Shown one piece after another: positions 28,754 through 37,982 of a stretch of DNA of 64,000 nt (position 1 is the stretch's first letter; the number at the start of each line of letters is the position of its first letter). Location of the stretch: contig SVHX01000004.1 in assembly GCA_015055665.1 (NCBI GenBank), positions 28,021-92,020 of the forward strand. The letters are read 5' to 3'. A program made the position numbers and the translations under genes. The notes beneath the pieces are model-generated. The model had not been told where the DNA came from. It was given only the letters and a program-made list of their open reading frames with translations, and did not search any database. The stretch comes from Clostridiales bacterium (lineage in GTDB: Bacteria > Bacillota > Clostridia > Christensenellales > UBA1242).

Positions 28754-28940
28754 ACACCCCTCCAACCAATCTTTATCTATAATTTATATGCTAAGAGTTA
28801 TATTGCAGGTGAATTCAAATTAAAAATTTATAAACACACCACTTTTTGCTTAAACTATTTTCAGTATTTGTGATATAATATTAATGTAATTGAGGTTCTG
28901 CAATTACAATGTAAATTATAAAATTATAACGAGGTACTAT

Positions 28941-29324
28941 ATGAAACACGAATTTATTCTTAAAACTTGCACTAAGTGTGGAGCAACAATTGAAGTTATT
29001 AAGGATTGCACTTGCAACAATTGCGGAATACAATGTTGTGGACAAGAAATGGTTACAATTTCACCTAATAGCGTAGATGCTTCAGTTGAGAAACACCTAC
29101 CAACATTTGAAGTTATCGGCAACTATATCGTTGCAACGGTTAATCATGTCATGGAAGACGACCATTATATCGAATATCTTGCCCTTGACTCAGACCGCAT
29201 CAATGCCAAGAAATTCTTAAAGCCAGGCGAGAAGGCCACTGCTGTCTTCCCATATATCGAAGGTAGCACATTGTACTCTTATTGCAATAAGCACGGAATA
29301 TGGAAAACAACCATCACCAAATAA
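28941..29324 (+). CDS. dfx: Desulfoferrodoxin (2Fe superoxide reductase)
   Basis: N-terminal desulforedoxin-like Cys cluster (CTKCGATIEVI...CNNCGIQCCG). VDASVEKHLP, HVMEDDHYIEY and CNKHGIWK match the SOR centre II pattern. ATG 28941 with GAGG RBS. Confidence 0.85.
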   Translation: MKHEFILKTCTKCGATIEVIKDCTCNNCGIQCCGQEMVTISPNSVDASVEKHLPTFEVIGNYIVATVNHVMEDDHYIEYLALDSDRINAKKFLKPGEKATAVFPYIEGSTLYSYCNKHGIWKTTITK

Positions 29325-29470
29325 ATTATAAGCCTTGATCGTTCAAGACTCGAAGGAAGATTTGTTAGAGATTATCTAGTTAATATTCATTACGATATCT
29401 TAACAAATCTTTTTCTTTACCTCAAATTTAATAGTCTTACTCATATAATTAAAATTATCAATTAAATATC

Positions 29471-29499
29471 TTGACAAGTATTGCTAAATGTAATAAAAT
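29471..29499 (+). promoter_or_regulatory. Promoter for tRNA-Ser
   Basis: TTGACA (29471-76), 17-nt spacer, TAAAAT (29494-99), about 45 nt before the tRNA 5' end. Confidence 0.5.
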
Positions 29500-29543
29500 A
29501 TTACTGCTTAAATAAACAAATTATTAGGCAAAATTTAATATAT

Positions 29544-29631
29544 GCAGAGATGTCAGAGTGGTCGATCGTGCAGTCTTGGAACGGCTGTGTACGGAAACGT
29601 ACCCAGGGTTCAAATCCCTGTCTCTGCGCCA
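29544..29631 (+). tRNA. tRNA-Ser (anticodon GGA), type II with encoded CCA
   Basis: Acceptor GCAGAGA/TCTCTGC. Anticodon stem CAGTC/GGCTG with loop TTGGAAC. Long variable arm GTACG-gaaa-CGTAC. T-arm CAGGG-TTCAAAT-CCCTG. Discriminator G plus CCA. The D-stem pairs poorly by hand folding. Confidence 0.85.
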
Positions 29632-29685
29632 ATAGGGACAATGTTGAACCCGAAAAATCAACAAAAAAAATCAAAGGAGATTATT

Positions 29686-30051
29686 ATGTCAAATAAATTG
29701 GAATTATTAAATTTAAAACCTGAAGAAATCACTCAAGAAAGATTAAAAGAAATTCTAAATACATTATTTTATCAAATAAGAAATTTACGCGCATATTCAC
29801 CCGAAAAACAAGATGATTTATATGATTGTTTAGACAGCGGTATAGGAGTAATGTGTCTTATGTCTGATCTAATGGGAACTGCATATGACCTTGTTACATT
29901 TGAAGATGGACACAGGGATTACGTTAAAAAACAACCAGCAGACCCTCTGGATATTTATAAAAAAACAAACTTCTTAATTGATAAAGTTAATTCATTAGTT
30001 GATCCTAATTATGAAAGTGTATTCAGCAATGATAACCCAGTAAACAATTAA
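29686..30051 (+). CDS. Hypothetical protein (121 aa), AT-rich
   Basis: ATG 29686 with AAAGGAGA RBS; the track ORF extension overlaps the tRNA and was rejected. No motif recognised. Two terminators follow it. Confidence 0.55.
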   Translation: MSNKLELLNLKPEEITQERLKEILNTLFYQIRNLRAYSPEKQDDLYDCLDSGIGVMCLMSDLMGTAYDLVTFEDGHRDYVKKQPADPLDIYKKTNFLIDKVNSLVDPNYESVFSNDNPVNN

Positions 30052-30058
30052 TCAACCA

Positions 30059-30086
30059 ACAGTTTACTATAAGCAAACAATTTAAT
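30059..30086 (+). terminator. Rho-independent terminator
   Basis: CCCCAGA-cta-TCTGGGG followed by TTTTTT. A second hairpin, AACGAAAT...ATTTCGTT plus T-run, lies at 30122-30152. Confidence 0.7.
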
Positions 30087-30265
30087 GGTTCAATTGAGAT
30101 ACAACATCCTGAGCCAAATACAACGAAATTCGAATTCTCGATTTCGTTTTTTGTTACTAAAACCCCCAGACTATCTGGGGTTTTTTAGAAACAACAAAAA
30201 GACGCTCACCACGAACGCCTTTTTGTTTTATTCAATAAGTTGTTGCTATTCAATCGAATAATTAA

Positions 30266-31957
30266 TTATTTTTCTTGACTTTCTACAACATGAATTCTAA
30301 TATTGTATATTTTGCCAGCTTCTAGAGTTATTCCCTCTTCGTATTCTGTCTCAACACCATTTACTTCTACTTTAACAATATCATAAAAATAATTAGAATA
30401 GTTTAATTGATATTTACCCGATGCGATTTCATGTGTATAGATTCCACAAGACCAAGTATCTAGATCTTCTGGGTCTGTTCCATCTACTTCAATTTCATTA
30501 ACAAGAGCATATCCTGTATTAGGAGTAACTTTTACATAGATAGTTTTGTCATAAGAGTTATATTTTTCTGTAGCCTCTATAGCGTCTGTGCACGCTTCAT
30601 CCCAGTACAATTGAGCTGTTGCATTGCTAATTCCAATTGTTGATAGATCAAAAGCTCCGATTTCATCGCCATAAGTAGCATAAACGTCTGTTTCGTATTC
30701 TGTACCAGCAATCTTGTATGTATTCTCAAACTCTCTATTTTGGAATTCATTCTCTACACCAGTACCCCCAACATATCCTGTAACACTCTCACCCATGATT
30801 GTATTGTTGAAGGTTGCATTACCATCTATACTAATAGACATTTCCAAGTTAGAAGTACTTTTGATCTGTTCTTCTGCATTTTCTGTAATTGTAATGCCTT
30901 CATCTGCTAAATCGTTAATTATTTCATCTCCGCCAGAAGTTAAGGCATCATATGTAGTTTGTGACATTTCTTCAGATATCTCAATTCCCATATTAATAGA
31001 ATTCACGCTATCGCTATCAAATTTAATGTTCAAATTAACATCCATATCTGCCACTGAAGCTGGTTGTCCAGTCAACTCATTAGCAGGAATTGCTAAGTCA
31101 TCAATATCAATTGTTGCTTTTAGTTCATAAACACCATCAGTAAGAGTAAGATCTGCAGTAGCAGTTGTATTAGCTGGTATTGCAACAGGTCCACTGCTTA
31201 GTTCATATTCAGAAAGCATTTCATTAGCAAAGTCATCAAAATTTGCCACTAATGCATCATATGAATCTTGACCTGCTATAAATTCAAGGGCAGGCTCCAT
31301 TATCTCATTCATATCGTCATCATTAAAGATCTCTGTAAATGAATTTTTAGCATGACTATCACTAACATAACTTGCAACTTTCGAAAGAGTTTCCTCATCT
31401 ACTTGCCACTCCATCTGTTCAGTTTGTGCATTCTGAGCCCAAGCGTATTCTGCCTCCTTCGAGTAGCCTATATACTTTTTATCAGCTCCAGTACCCGAAA
31501 CTTTAACAATCTCCGTTAATTCATCTTTAGTTTTTGAACCACCCAGCATCATGCCACCCATCTCACTTACAAAGTGCACATAGCCTTCATTTTCTGTCTT
31601 GATGAATCCAGCTTCCCCAATCATTGATATATCTACTAAAGACATTTCCCCATGAGATATGCCGTATTCTTTAAGAACATCTTCTGCAGCAGTTCCCTTT
31701 AGCCCACTATCTTCTAAATCCACGTCTACAGACATACCCATATTTACGCCAAGTTTAGCTGCTGTAGATGTAGTATCTATGAACTTTTTTTGTACAGTAA
31801 GAGTTTTTAAACTAGAATAAATTTCATTCTTTTGAGTTGCTGTTAGTCCAGTAGGTGCTGGCTCACTACTTTCTTTTTTACAACCTGTTCCTGCGAAAAG
31901 CACGCAAGGAGCAATTGTTAGTGCCAATAAGGCTTTTTTAAGATTTCCTTTTTTCAT
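30266..31957 (-). CDS. Acidic surface lipoprotein (563 aa)
   Basis: ATG 31957 with AGGAGG RBS. Signal peptide MKKGNLKKALLALTIAPCVLFAGTGC with a lipobox. D/E/T-rich mature part with no enzyme motif. Confidence 0.7.
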   Translation of the reverse strand: MKKGNLKKALLALTIAPCVLFAGTGCKKESSEPAPTGLTATQKNEIYSSLKTLTVQKKFIDTTSTAAKLGVNMGMSVDVDLEDSGLKGTAAEDVLKEYGISHGEMSLVDISMIGEAGFIKTENEGYVHFVSEMGGMMLGGSKTKDELTEIVKVSGTGADKKYIGYSKEAEYAWAQNAQTEQMEWQVDEETLSKVASYVSDSHAKNSFTEIFNDDDMNEIMEPALEFIAGQDSYDALVANFDDFANEMLSEYELSSGPVAIPANTTATADLTLTDGVYELKATIDIDDLAIPANELTGQPASVADMDVNLNIKFDSDSVNSINMGIEISEEMSQTTYDALTSGGDEIINDLADEGITITENAEEQIKSTSNLEMSISIDGNATFNNTIMGESVTGYVGGTGVENEFQNREFENTYKIAGTEYETDVYATYGDEIGAFDLSTIGISNATAQLYWDEACTDAIEATEKYNSYDKTIYVKVTPNTGYALVNEIEVDGTDPEDLDTWSCGIYTHEIASGKYQLNYSNYFYDIVKVEVNGVETEYEEGITLEAGKIYNIRIHVVESQEK

Positions 31958-32254
31958 AATTCCTCCTGTGTATTTGCATAAATACACTTTCATTATAACT
32001 TTCAATTTCTAACAAGTCAAACAATTCTGACAAGTTAAACAGATTCTTTTTATAACTTAAACAAACTAAAAACCAGCCTTTTTTATCTAGTATATGCAAT
32101 AAAAAATTTTCTATTATAGCCTTTAAATAGTTATTCATTGATAAAATTTGCTCTGTAAAAACTCTCAATAAAATCTCCAATTCCATATTTTTTTGTTATA
32201 ATCAATTGTAAATCACCCCGCATTTGTGATATCATAAACATATAAGGAGAATTT

Positions 32255-33391
32255 ATGAATAGATTTGTTTACTTAGACAACAATGCAACAACAAAAATAG
32301 CAAATCACATCAAAGAAACATTACAACCGTATTTAGATTTGCAATACGGCAATCCTAGTTCTATATATGGACACGGAATCAAAGTTAGAAAAGCTATTGA
32401 AGAATCACGGCAACATTGTGCAAATTTAATTAATTGCAATCCTAATAACCTAATCTTCACAAGCGGTGGTAGTGAAAGTAATTGTTCTGCATTCAACTCC
32501 GCAATAAACCAATATCCAAATAAGAAAAAAATAATTACAACAAGAGTTGAGCACAGTTCAATACTAGAATATTGTGAACTATTAAAAAAGAAAGGTTACG
32601 AGATTGTTTATCTTGATGTTGATACAAATTGCAATATCAACTTAAAACAACTCGAAAGTGAACTTGATAATAACACCTGTCTTGTATCTATTCAACTTGC
32701 GAATAACGAAGTTGGAACGATTGTTTCAACCAACGAAGTCGTTAAAAAGATAAATTCATTAAAGGGAATATATGGCTTTGTATTTCATATAGATTGTGTA
32801 CAAGGTTTGGGGAAAATAAATATTGATATAACAAAATATGATGCGGATTTTATGTCATTTTCAGGACACAAAATTCATTGTCCAAAAGGTATAGGATTGC
32901 TTTATATTAAAGACACAAAACAATTTACTCCACTTATAGCAGGGCATCAAGAGTTTAATCTTCGCGGCGGAACCGAAAATGTTTTAGGTATTGTTGCAAT
33001 TGGAGAGTCTTGCAGATATATCAGTGAAAACTTTGTTGATATACAAGCGAAAATTAAAGAAACTAATAGTTATCTAGAGCAACAACTTGACACTATTAAA
33101 AATACAACAATAAATTGTAATCAAGTCGCAAGGATACCAAACACAACAAGTATTACATTTGATAACATTACTGGAAATCAAATGATGTTTAAACTTGAAA
33201 ATGCAGGAATATGCGTATCGACCGGCAGTGCCTGTAATAGTGAAAGTAGCGAACCAAGCTATGTGTTAACGAGTATGGGTATTAATAATCCACAAAATAC
33301 TATAAGAATTAGTATTGACGAAAACACTACAAAATCTCAGATAGATTATTTTATAGAAAAGTTAAAGGAAATATTATATGAAAACAGATAA
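32255..33391 (+). CDS. nifS: NifS/IscS-type cysteine desulfurase
   Basis: VYLDNNATT N-terminus. PLP lysine in FSGHK. Catalytic Cys loop STGSACNS. 378 aa. AAGGAGA RBS. Confidence 0.85.
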   Translation: MNRFVYLDNNATTKIANHIKETLQPYLDLQYGNPSSIYGHGIKVRKAIEESRQHCANLINCNPNNLIFTSGGSESNCSAFNSAINQYPNKKKIITTRVEHSSILEYCELLKKKGYEIVYLDVDTNCNINLKQLESELDNNTCLVSIQLANNEVGTIVSTNEVVKKINSLKGIYGFVFHIDCVQGLGKINIDITKYDADFMSFSGHKIHCPKGIGLLYIKDTKQFTPLIAGHQEFNLRGGTENVLGIVAIGESCRYISENFVDIQAKIKETNSYLEQQLDTIKNTTINCNQVARIPNTTSITFDNITGNQMMFKLENAGICVSTGSACNSESSEPSYVLTSMGINNPQNTIRISIDENTTKSQIDYFIEKLKEILYENR

Positions 33392-34109
33392 AAAATTTAT
33401 TGATGAAGATTTAAAATCCTATTTAAATTGTAACAATTGTCTTGAATTAGGTGTTTTTAATGGTTCTGAATTGGGACTTTATAGTCATCTAATAAAAAAA
33501 CATGTTAGGAATTTAACGTCAATTGACATTTCAAATCAAGCATTACAATTGGCAGAAAAATATTTTAAAGAGAAAAATATTGATGGTATTAAATTGATAC
33601 AAATGAATGCTTGTGATCTAAAATTTGATGATAATATGTTTGATGTTGTCGTTACTGCAAGTTTTCATGAAATGGATCCCTCTATTCAATTTAAAATACT
33701 AGAAGAAGCTAATAGGGTTTTAAAAAAACACAAAAAAATTATTTTTATTGAACCTCATGAAGACAGTGTTACAAATGAATTATTTAAGGTTTTTGATCCA
33801 AATGAAAATCATGCACAAAGGATTTTGAACACGAAAAGCTGTATAAGAAAATTCGCTAAAAAATATGGATATAATATTAATGAACTTGTTAAATCAATTT
33901 CATTAAATCAGTTTGATTCAAAAGAACAATTACTTAATGAAATGTTGAACTGGTGGAGTGACATAAGAGTTCCTCAAAATGAAAATGAAGAGAAACAAAT
34001 GAAGACTGAAATACAAAACACTCTACAGAAGTTTGCGGAAAAAGATTTTATTAACAATCAAGTGAATGAAATTATTTGGTGTTGGATTTTAGAGAAAAAG
34101 GAAAATTAG
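33378..34109 (+). CDS. Class I SAM-dependent methyltransferase-like protein
   Basis: Degenerate motif I (CLELGVFNGSE), SIDIS, FDVVVTASFHEM and KKIIFIEP fit the type-11 methyltransferase layout. Overlaps the nifS end by 14 nt. Confidence 0.65.
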   Translation: MKTDKKFIDEDLKSYLNCNNCLELGVFNGSELGLYSHLIKKHVRNLTSIDISNQALQLAEKYFKEKNIDGIKLIQMNACDLKFDDNMFDVVVTASFHEMDPSIQFKILEEANRVLKKHKKIIFIEPHEDSVTNELFKVFDPNENHAQRILNTKSCIRKFAKKYGYNINELVKSISLNQFDSKEQLLNEMLNWWSDIRVPQNENEEKQMKTEIQNTLQKFAEKDFINNQVNEIIWCWILEKKEN

Positions 34110-34619
34110 ATGATTAAAATTGAAAAAGCAACAATTAATGATGCTTATGATTATGCTAAAATTCTAAATCAATCATGGAAAGATACATATCATGAATATA
34201 TTTCAATAGACCATATCAACAATGAGTTTAATATAGAAAATTTAGTAAAAGCATTTCCAACCATAATAAATTCTAAAAATGAATTATGTATGATTAAGTA
34301 TAAAGGCAAAAATATTGGAATACTTCAAATAGGTATACCCGAGGATGTATATAAATCAGATATGCAAGATTATGGAGAAATTTTGTCATTACATATAAAA
34401 AAAGAATATTGTGGGAGAGGCTTTGGAACTTTAGCTATTGATTTCGCAACAAATAGATTAAAACAATTAGGTTTTAAACATTTATGTGTTTGGGTAAAAA
34501 AACAAAATTATAAAGCCATTAACTTTTATAAAAGTAAAGGTTTTGTTGAAACAAATTATTCATGTGAGGAAACTATTGATGGGGCTCCGTCGTTTGTGAT
34601 GGAGAAAAACAATATATAA
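34110..34619 (+). CDS. GNAT-family N-acetyltransferase
   Basis: LHIKKEYCGRGFGTLAIDFA (acetyl-CoA pyrophosphate loop) and NYKAINFYKSKGF. The ATG directly abuts the methyltransferase TAG stop. Confidence 0.75.
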   Translation: MIKIEKATINDAYDYAKILNQSWKDTYHEYISIDHINNEFNIENLVKAFPTIINSKNELCMIKYKGKNIGILQIGIPEDVYKSDMQDYGEILSLHIKKEYCGRGFGTLAIDFATNRLKQLGFKHLCVWVKKQNYKAINFYKSKGFVETNYSCEETIDGAPSFVMEKNNI

Positions 34620-34631
34620 AGGAGAATAGAC

Positions 34632-35225
34632 ATGCCAGCAATTATAAATCATAAAATATGTGACCAAGCAAGTGCTTGTGGCGGAATTGAGGCCTGCCCT
34701 GTCGGAGCATTTACTTACAATGAAAAAACTAAAAGAATTGAAATAGATAACGAGAAATGTATTTCTTGTGGAGCTTGTGAAAAGGCTTGCCCTATTGGTG
34801 CAATCGGAGTAGCCACAACGCAAGAAGAACTAGAAGAATTAACGCAAGCAATCGAAGAAGATCCACGAAAACCTGAAGATTTGTTTGTTGATAGATATGG
34901 TGGAGATATTATTAATGAAGATGTAATGATTGAATTTAGTCAAATTGATGATATTATCACAAAAGAAGATTGCTTAATTGAAATAATTGATGAAGATAAT
35001 ATAATGTGCTTACTTAAATCTATAACATATAACGATATTCTTGCAAACACTTGTTACAAAAAATATTATAGATGCTTAATTGGTCAAAATGATAATATTT
35101 ATAAATACAACATAGTAGAATTACCAAGTCTGCTATTATGCCATAATGGCAATCTCACGAAGGTTATCGACGGATATTATGAAGAAAGCGAAAAAGACGA
35201 TTTGTTTAAACAAATCAACTCATAA
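34632..35225 (+). CDS. 4Fe-4S ferredoxin domain fused to a thioredoxin-like domain lacking CxxC
   Basis: CISCGACEKACP plus an atypical CDQASACGGIEACP. The C-terminal half ends in ELPSLLLCHNGNLTKVIDG, reminiscent of the thioredoxin fold. AAGGAGAA RBS. Confidence 0.6.
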   Translation: MPAIINHKICDQASACGGIEACPVGAFTYNEKTKRIEIDNEKCISCGACEKACPIGAIGVATTQEELEELTQAIEEDPRKPEDLFVDRYGGDIINEDVMIEFSQIDDIITKEDCLIEIIDEDNIMCLLKSITYNDILANTCYKKYYRCLIGQNDNIYKYNIVELPSLLLCHNGNLTKVIDGYYEESEKDDLFKQINS

Positions 35226-35270
35226 TAAATCAACGAGAAGTCCAGATACCCAATATATATATAGATTACA

Positions 35271-35298
35271 AAACACGAACTAGCCGTTCGTGTTTTTT
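35271..35298 (+). terminator. Rho-independent terminator closing the nifS operon
   Basis: AAACACGAAC-tagcc-GTTCGTGTTT followed by a T-run. Confidence 0.7.
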
Positions 35299-35361
35299 CG
35301 TTCATTTATTTTGATTTTTATTTGCGATATGCTAAACTACAAAAAACAAGAGGTATTATAT

Positions 35362-36666
35362 ATGTGGTATGATCAAAGTGTAATATATCAAATATATCCT
35401 TTAGGGTATGTCGGAGCTCCTAGCGTAAACGACGGCACAACCGAGCACAGAATACTCACAATCAAGGAACATATCCCCCACTTTAAGAAATTAGGCATTA
35501 ATACTATTTATTTTTGCCCAGTTTTTGATAGCTCTACTCATGGATACGATACTGCAGATTATTCTAAAATTGATTGCAGACTTGGCACTAACGAAGACTT
35601 TCAATCGCTTTGTAACGAACTCCATAAGAATAATATAAGGATAATCTTAGATGGAGTATTCAATCATGTCGGCAGAGATTTCTTTGCCTTCAAAGATGTT
35701 CAACAAAACAAATATAACTCCGCTTACAAAGATTGGTTTTTTATTAACTTTGATGGTAATAGCCAATACAACGACGGATTTTACTACGAAGGCTGGGAAG
35801 GTCATTACGAATTGGTCAAGCTTAATCTGGATCATCCTGATGTAAAAAATTATTTGTTTAATTGCATAAGACAATGGATATCTGAATTTAAAATTGATGG
35901 TTTGCGTCTTGATGTGGCATATATGCTTAACAAGAATTTTATGAGAGAACTAAGACAACTCACTCAGTCTATTAACCCAGAATTCTTCTTAGTTGGCGAA
36001 ATGATTCATGGCGACTATAATTCTATCGTTAACAATGAGATGTGTCATAGTGCAACCAATTACGAGTGCTACAAGGGCATCTACTCTTCGCTAAACGAGA
36101 TGAATATGTTCGAAATTAGCTATTCGCTCAATAGACAATTTGGTAGCGAGAATTGGTGTTTGTATACAGGCAAAAACATGGTATCGTTTATAGATAACCA
36201 TGACGTTACAAGAATTGCAAGTGCACTCACAACACCCCAACATCTTAATCTTGCTTTTGGGCTTTTGTTTACCATGCCCGGAATTCCTTGCGTCTACTAT
36301 GGTAGCGAGTGGGGAATAGAAGGATCAAAGGACAAAGGCGACTCCGACCTTAGACCAGCCATAACTAAACCGGTATTTAATGACCTGAGTCAATTCATTG
36401 CCAAATTATCTTCAATCCGTACAAGCAACACAACTCTTGCATATGGCAACCTAACCAATCTTCACGTCACAAATCACCAATATGTTTTTGAAAGAGCCCA
36501 CGAAGGCAAAAGGATTATAGTCATGCTTAACGCTTCAGACAGTAACTACAATTTACCTATCGACCTTAATCTTTCAACTGGCACAGACCTACTCACAGGC
36601 AAAGGAATAACACTATCCTCTCCAATAACTCTACCACCCTACTCTATCCAGATCATAGAATCTTAA
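35362..36666 (+). CDS. GH13 alpha-amylase-family glycosidase
   Basis: GH13 regions DGVFNHVG, GLRLDVA, GEMIHG and FIDNHD. ATG 35362 with AAGAGG RBS; the track GTG start lies inside the upstream terminator and was rejected. Confidence 0.85.
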   Translation: MWYDQSVIYQIYPLGYVGAPSVNDGTTEHRILTIKEHIPHFKKLGINTIYFCPVFDSSTHGYDTADYSKIDCRLGTNEDFQSLCNELHKNNIRIILDGVFNHVGRDFFAFKDVQQNKYNSAYKDWFFINFDGNSQYNDGFYYEGWEGHYELVKLNLDHPDVKNYLFNCIRQWISEFKIDGLRLDVAYMLNKNFMRELRQLTQSINPEFFLVGEMIHGDYNSIVNNEMCHSATNYECYKGIYSSLNEMNMFEISYSLNRQFGSENWCLYTGKNMVSFIDNHDVTRIASALTTPQHLNLAFGLLFTMPGIPCVYYGSEWGIEGSKDKGDSDLRPAITKPVFNDLSQFIAKLSSIRTSNTTLAYGNLTNLHVTNHQYVFERAHEGKRIIVMLNASDSNYNLPIDLNLSTGTDLLTGKGITLSSPITLPPYSIQIIES

Positions 36667-36829
36667 ATAGCTTATTAATCCACATTAACACACAAAGATT
36701 ATTAAACTATGAATCAACGAAAAAACACTTCATAGTCATTAACTTTTGAAACTAGTTGAAAAAGATAGATTTTCTAATTTGATAATCTATCTTTATTTGT
36801 TTGTATTGGTTAATAATTTTTAATGTGCT

Positions 36830-37540
36830 TTAATTTAAAATATCAATAAATATCTCTACTATGTTTTGAACATCTTGTGGACGTCTGCAAAAATGGTCAG
36901 CATTATCCAATCTATATAAATCCCAGTTTTTTATCTTTGCCAATTTCAAAATATTTTCATTATTTACTGATATATCTTCACTTCCATAGATAAGTTTCAC
37001 ATCTTCTTTTATATTTAAATGGTTGAATATATCAAACTTAAAATAGTCTTCAATCATAGAGACTTCAACTTCCATACCATCTCTAAAATAGTTTTTACCT
37101 TTATCTAAGCACTCAATCATTTCTTTCCAATTTTCAAGCGTATCTTCCTTGCAAATATAATATTCTTCCAAAGCGGGAGCTCTCAATATAACTTTACCAT
37201 ATTGATTGGTATTATTTTCCAAATATCTAAGCAATAAAAATCCACCAAAACTTGCACCAGTAAGACTTATTGGACCGGAATAAAACGATTTTATCCACTC
37301 TTCAATTTCCATTATACTGTCAAGACAAGCTTTTACATTTAGTTTTTCATCTTTCCTTAGTCCGTGCCCCGGCAAATCAAAACAAACTATACCTATGTTA
37401 TTTTCTTTTAAAGTTGGGGCAATTTTTTGAAAAACAAATGAATTTCTTGAACTAGAAAAACCATGCACAGCGATTAAAATCGTTTTAAGATTATTTGCCT
37501 CTTTTTCTGAAAAGTTTTTAACTATAAAATCACTTTTCAC
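36830..37540 (-). CDS. Alpha/beta hydrolase
   Basis: AVHGFSSS, the nucleophile elbow GASFGG and a C-terminal NADHF. GTG start 10 nt after AAGGAG. Confidence 0.7.
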   Translation of the reverse strand: MKSDFIVKNFSEKEANNLKTILIAVHGFSSSRNSFVFQKIAPTLKENNIGIVCFDLPGHGLRKDEKLNVKACLDSIMEIEEWIKSFYSGPISLTGASFGGFLLLRYLENNTNQYGKVILRAPALEEYYICKEDTLENWKEMIECLDKGKNYFRDGMEVEVSMIEDYFKFDIFNHLNIKEDVKLIYGSEDISVNNENILKLAKIKNWDLYRLDNADHFCRRPQDVQNIVEIFIDILN

Positions 37541-37547
37541 TTGTAAT

Positions 37548-37979
37548 TTACTCCTTTTTTAAATAAAACGTTTTCATATCAATATCTTCTGCTCCGTAAT
37601 TTGCAATAGTTTTTTGCATGCTTTCATTTTCGTTACCAACCAACATTGTTATAAAATTTACATTGTTCAAATTTTTTAAATATGATAATATTTCTCTTAA
37701 AACACCTTTCTTTCTATATTCTGGCTTTACAAATACATTTGACAGATATACACCTTGTCCTTTATTAGCCCAATACACATAAGAATACAAACAAAAAGCA
37801 ATTTGTTCTTTGTTTTCTTCAACAATCAAGCAAAATGCTTTTGGATTCTCACATAAAATATCTTTTTCAAAATTGATAGATAACTGACTTTGAGTTTTGA
37901 TTCCAGAAACTTGATTTACATAATCATTAGAAGATACTACAAAATCTTTATCATCAATAGTTGTGTTGCGAATATTCAT
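37548..37979 (-). CDS. GNAT-family acetyltransferase
   Basis: 143 aa. VFVKPEYRKKGVLREIL core. AAGGAG RBS. Confidence 0.6.
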   Translation of the reverse strand: MNIRNTTIDDKDFVVSSNDYVNQVSGIKTQSQLSINFEKDILCENPKAFCLIVEENKEQIAFCLYSYVYWANKGQGVYLSNVFVKPEYRKKGVLREILSYLKNLNNVNFITMLVGNENESMQKTIANYGAEDIDMKTFYLKKE

Positions 37980-37982
37980 AAT

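Noticed and set aside
28766-28940. glmS ribozyme expected upstream of glmS in many Firmicutes.
   Set aside because: The 175-bp region shared with the divergent dfx promoter is very AT-rich. It lacks the GC-rich conserved core helices of the ribozyme. An Infernal (Rfam) search would be decisive.
29544-29631. Alternative reading of the anticodon loop as CTTGGAA (anticodon TGG, Pro).
   Set aside because: That register leaves the anticodon stem unpaired. The TTGGAAC register gives a perfect 5-bp stem, U33 and A37. The long variable arm also fits Ser and not Pro.
29481-29696. Track ORFs 29481-29696 and the 5' part of 29542-30051.
   Set aside because: They overlap the tRNA-Ser gene. The real CDS most likely starts at ATG 29686, which has an AAAGGAGA RBS.
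31938-32186. 82-aa minus-strand ORF in the lipoprotein / nifS divergent region.
   Set aside because: It has no RBS and overlaps the lipoprotein start and its AGGAGG site. The region reads better as a divergent promoter region.
35290-35361. N-terminal extensions in the track ORFs: GH13 35290, pfkA 1522, glmS 28765, dfx 28890, lipoprotein 32005, PPase-like 52646 and the orphan gene 55115.
   Set aside because: These extensions start at alternative codons without an RBS, often inside terminators or promoters. Internal ATGs with good RBSs give N-termini that match the family consensus.
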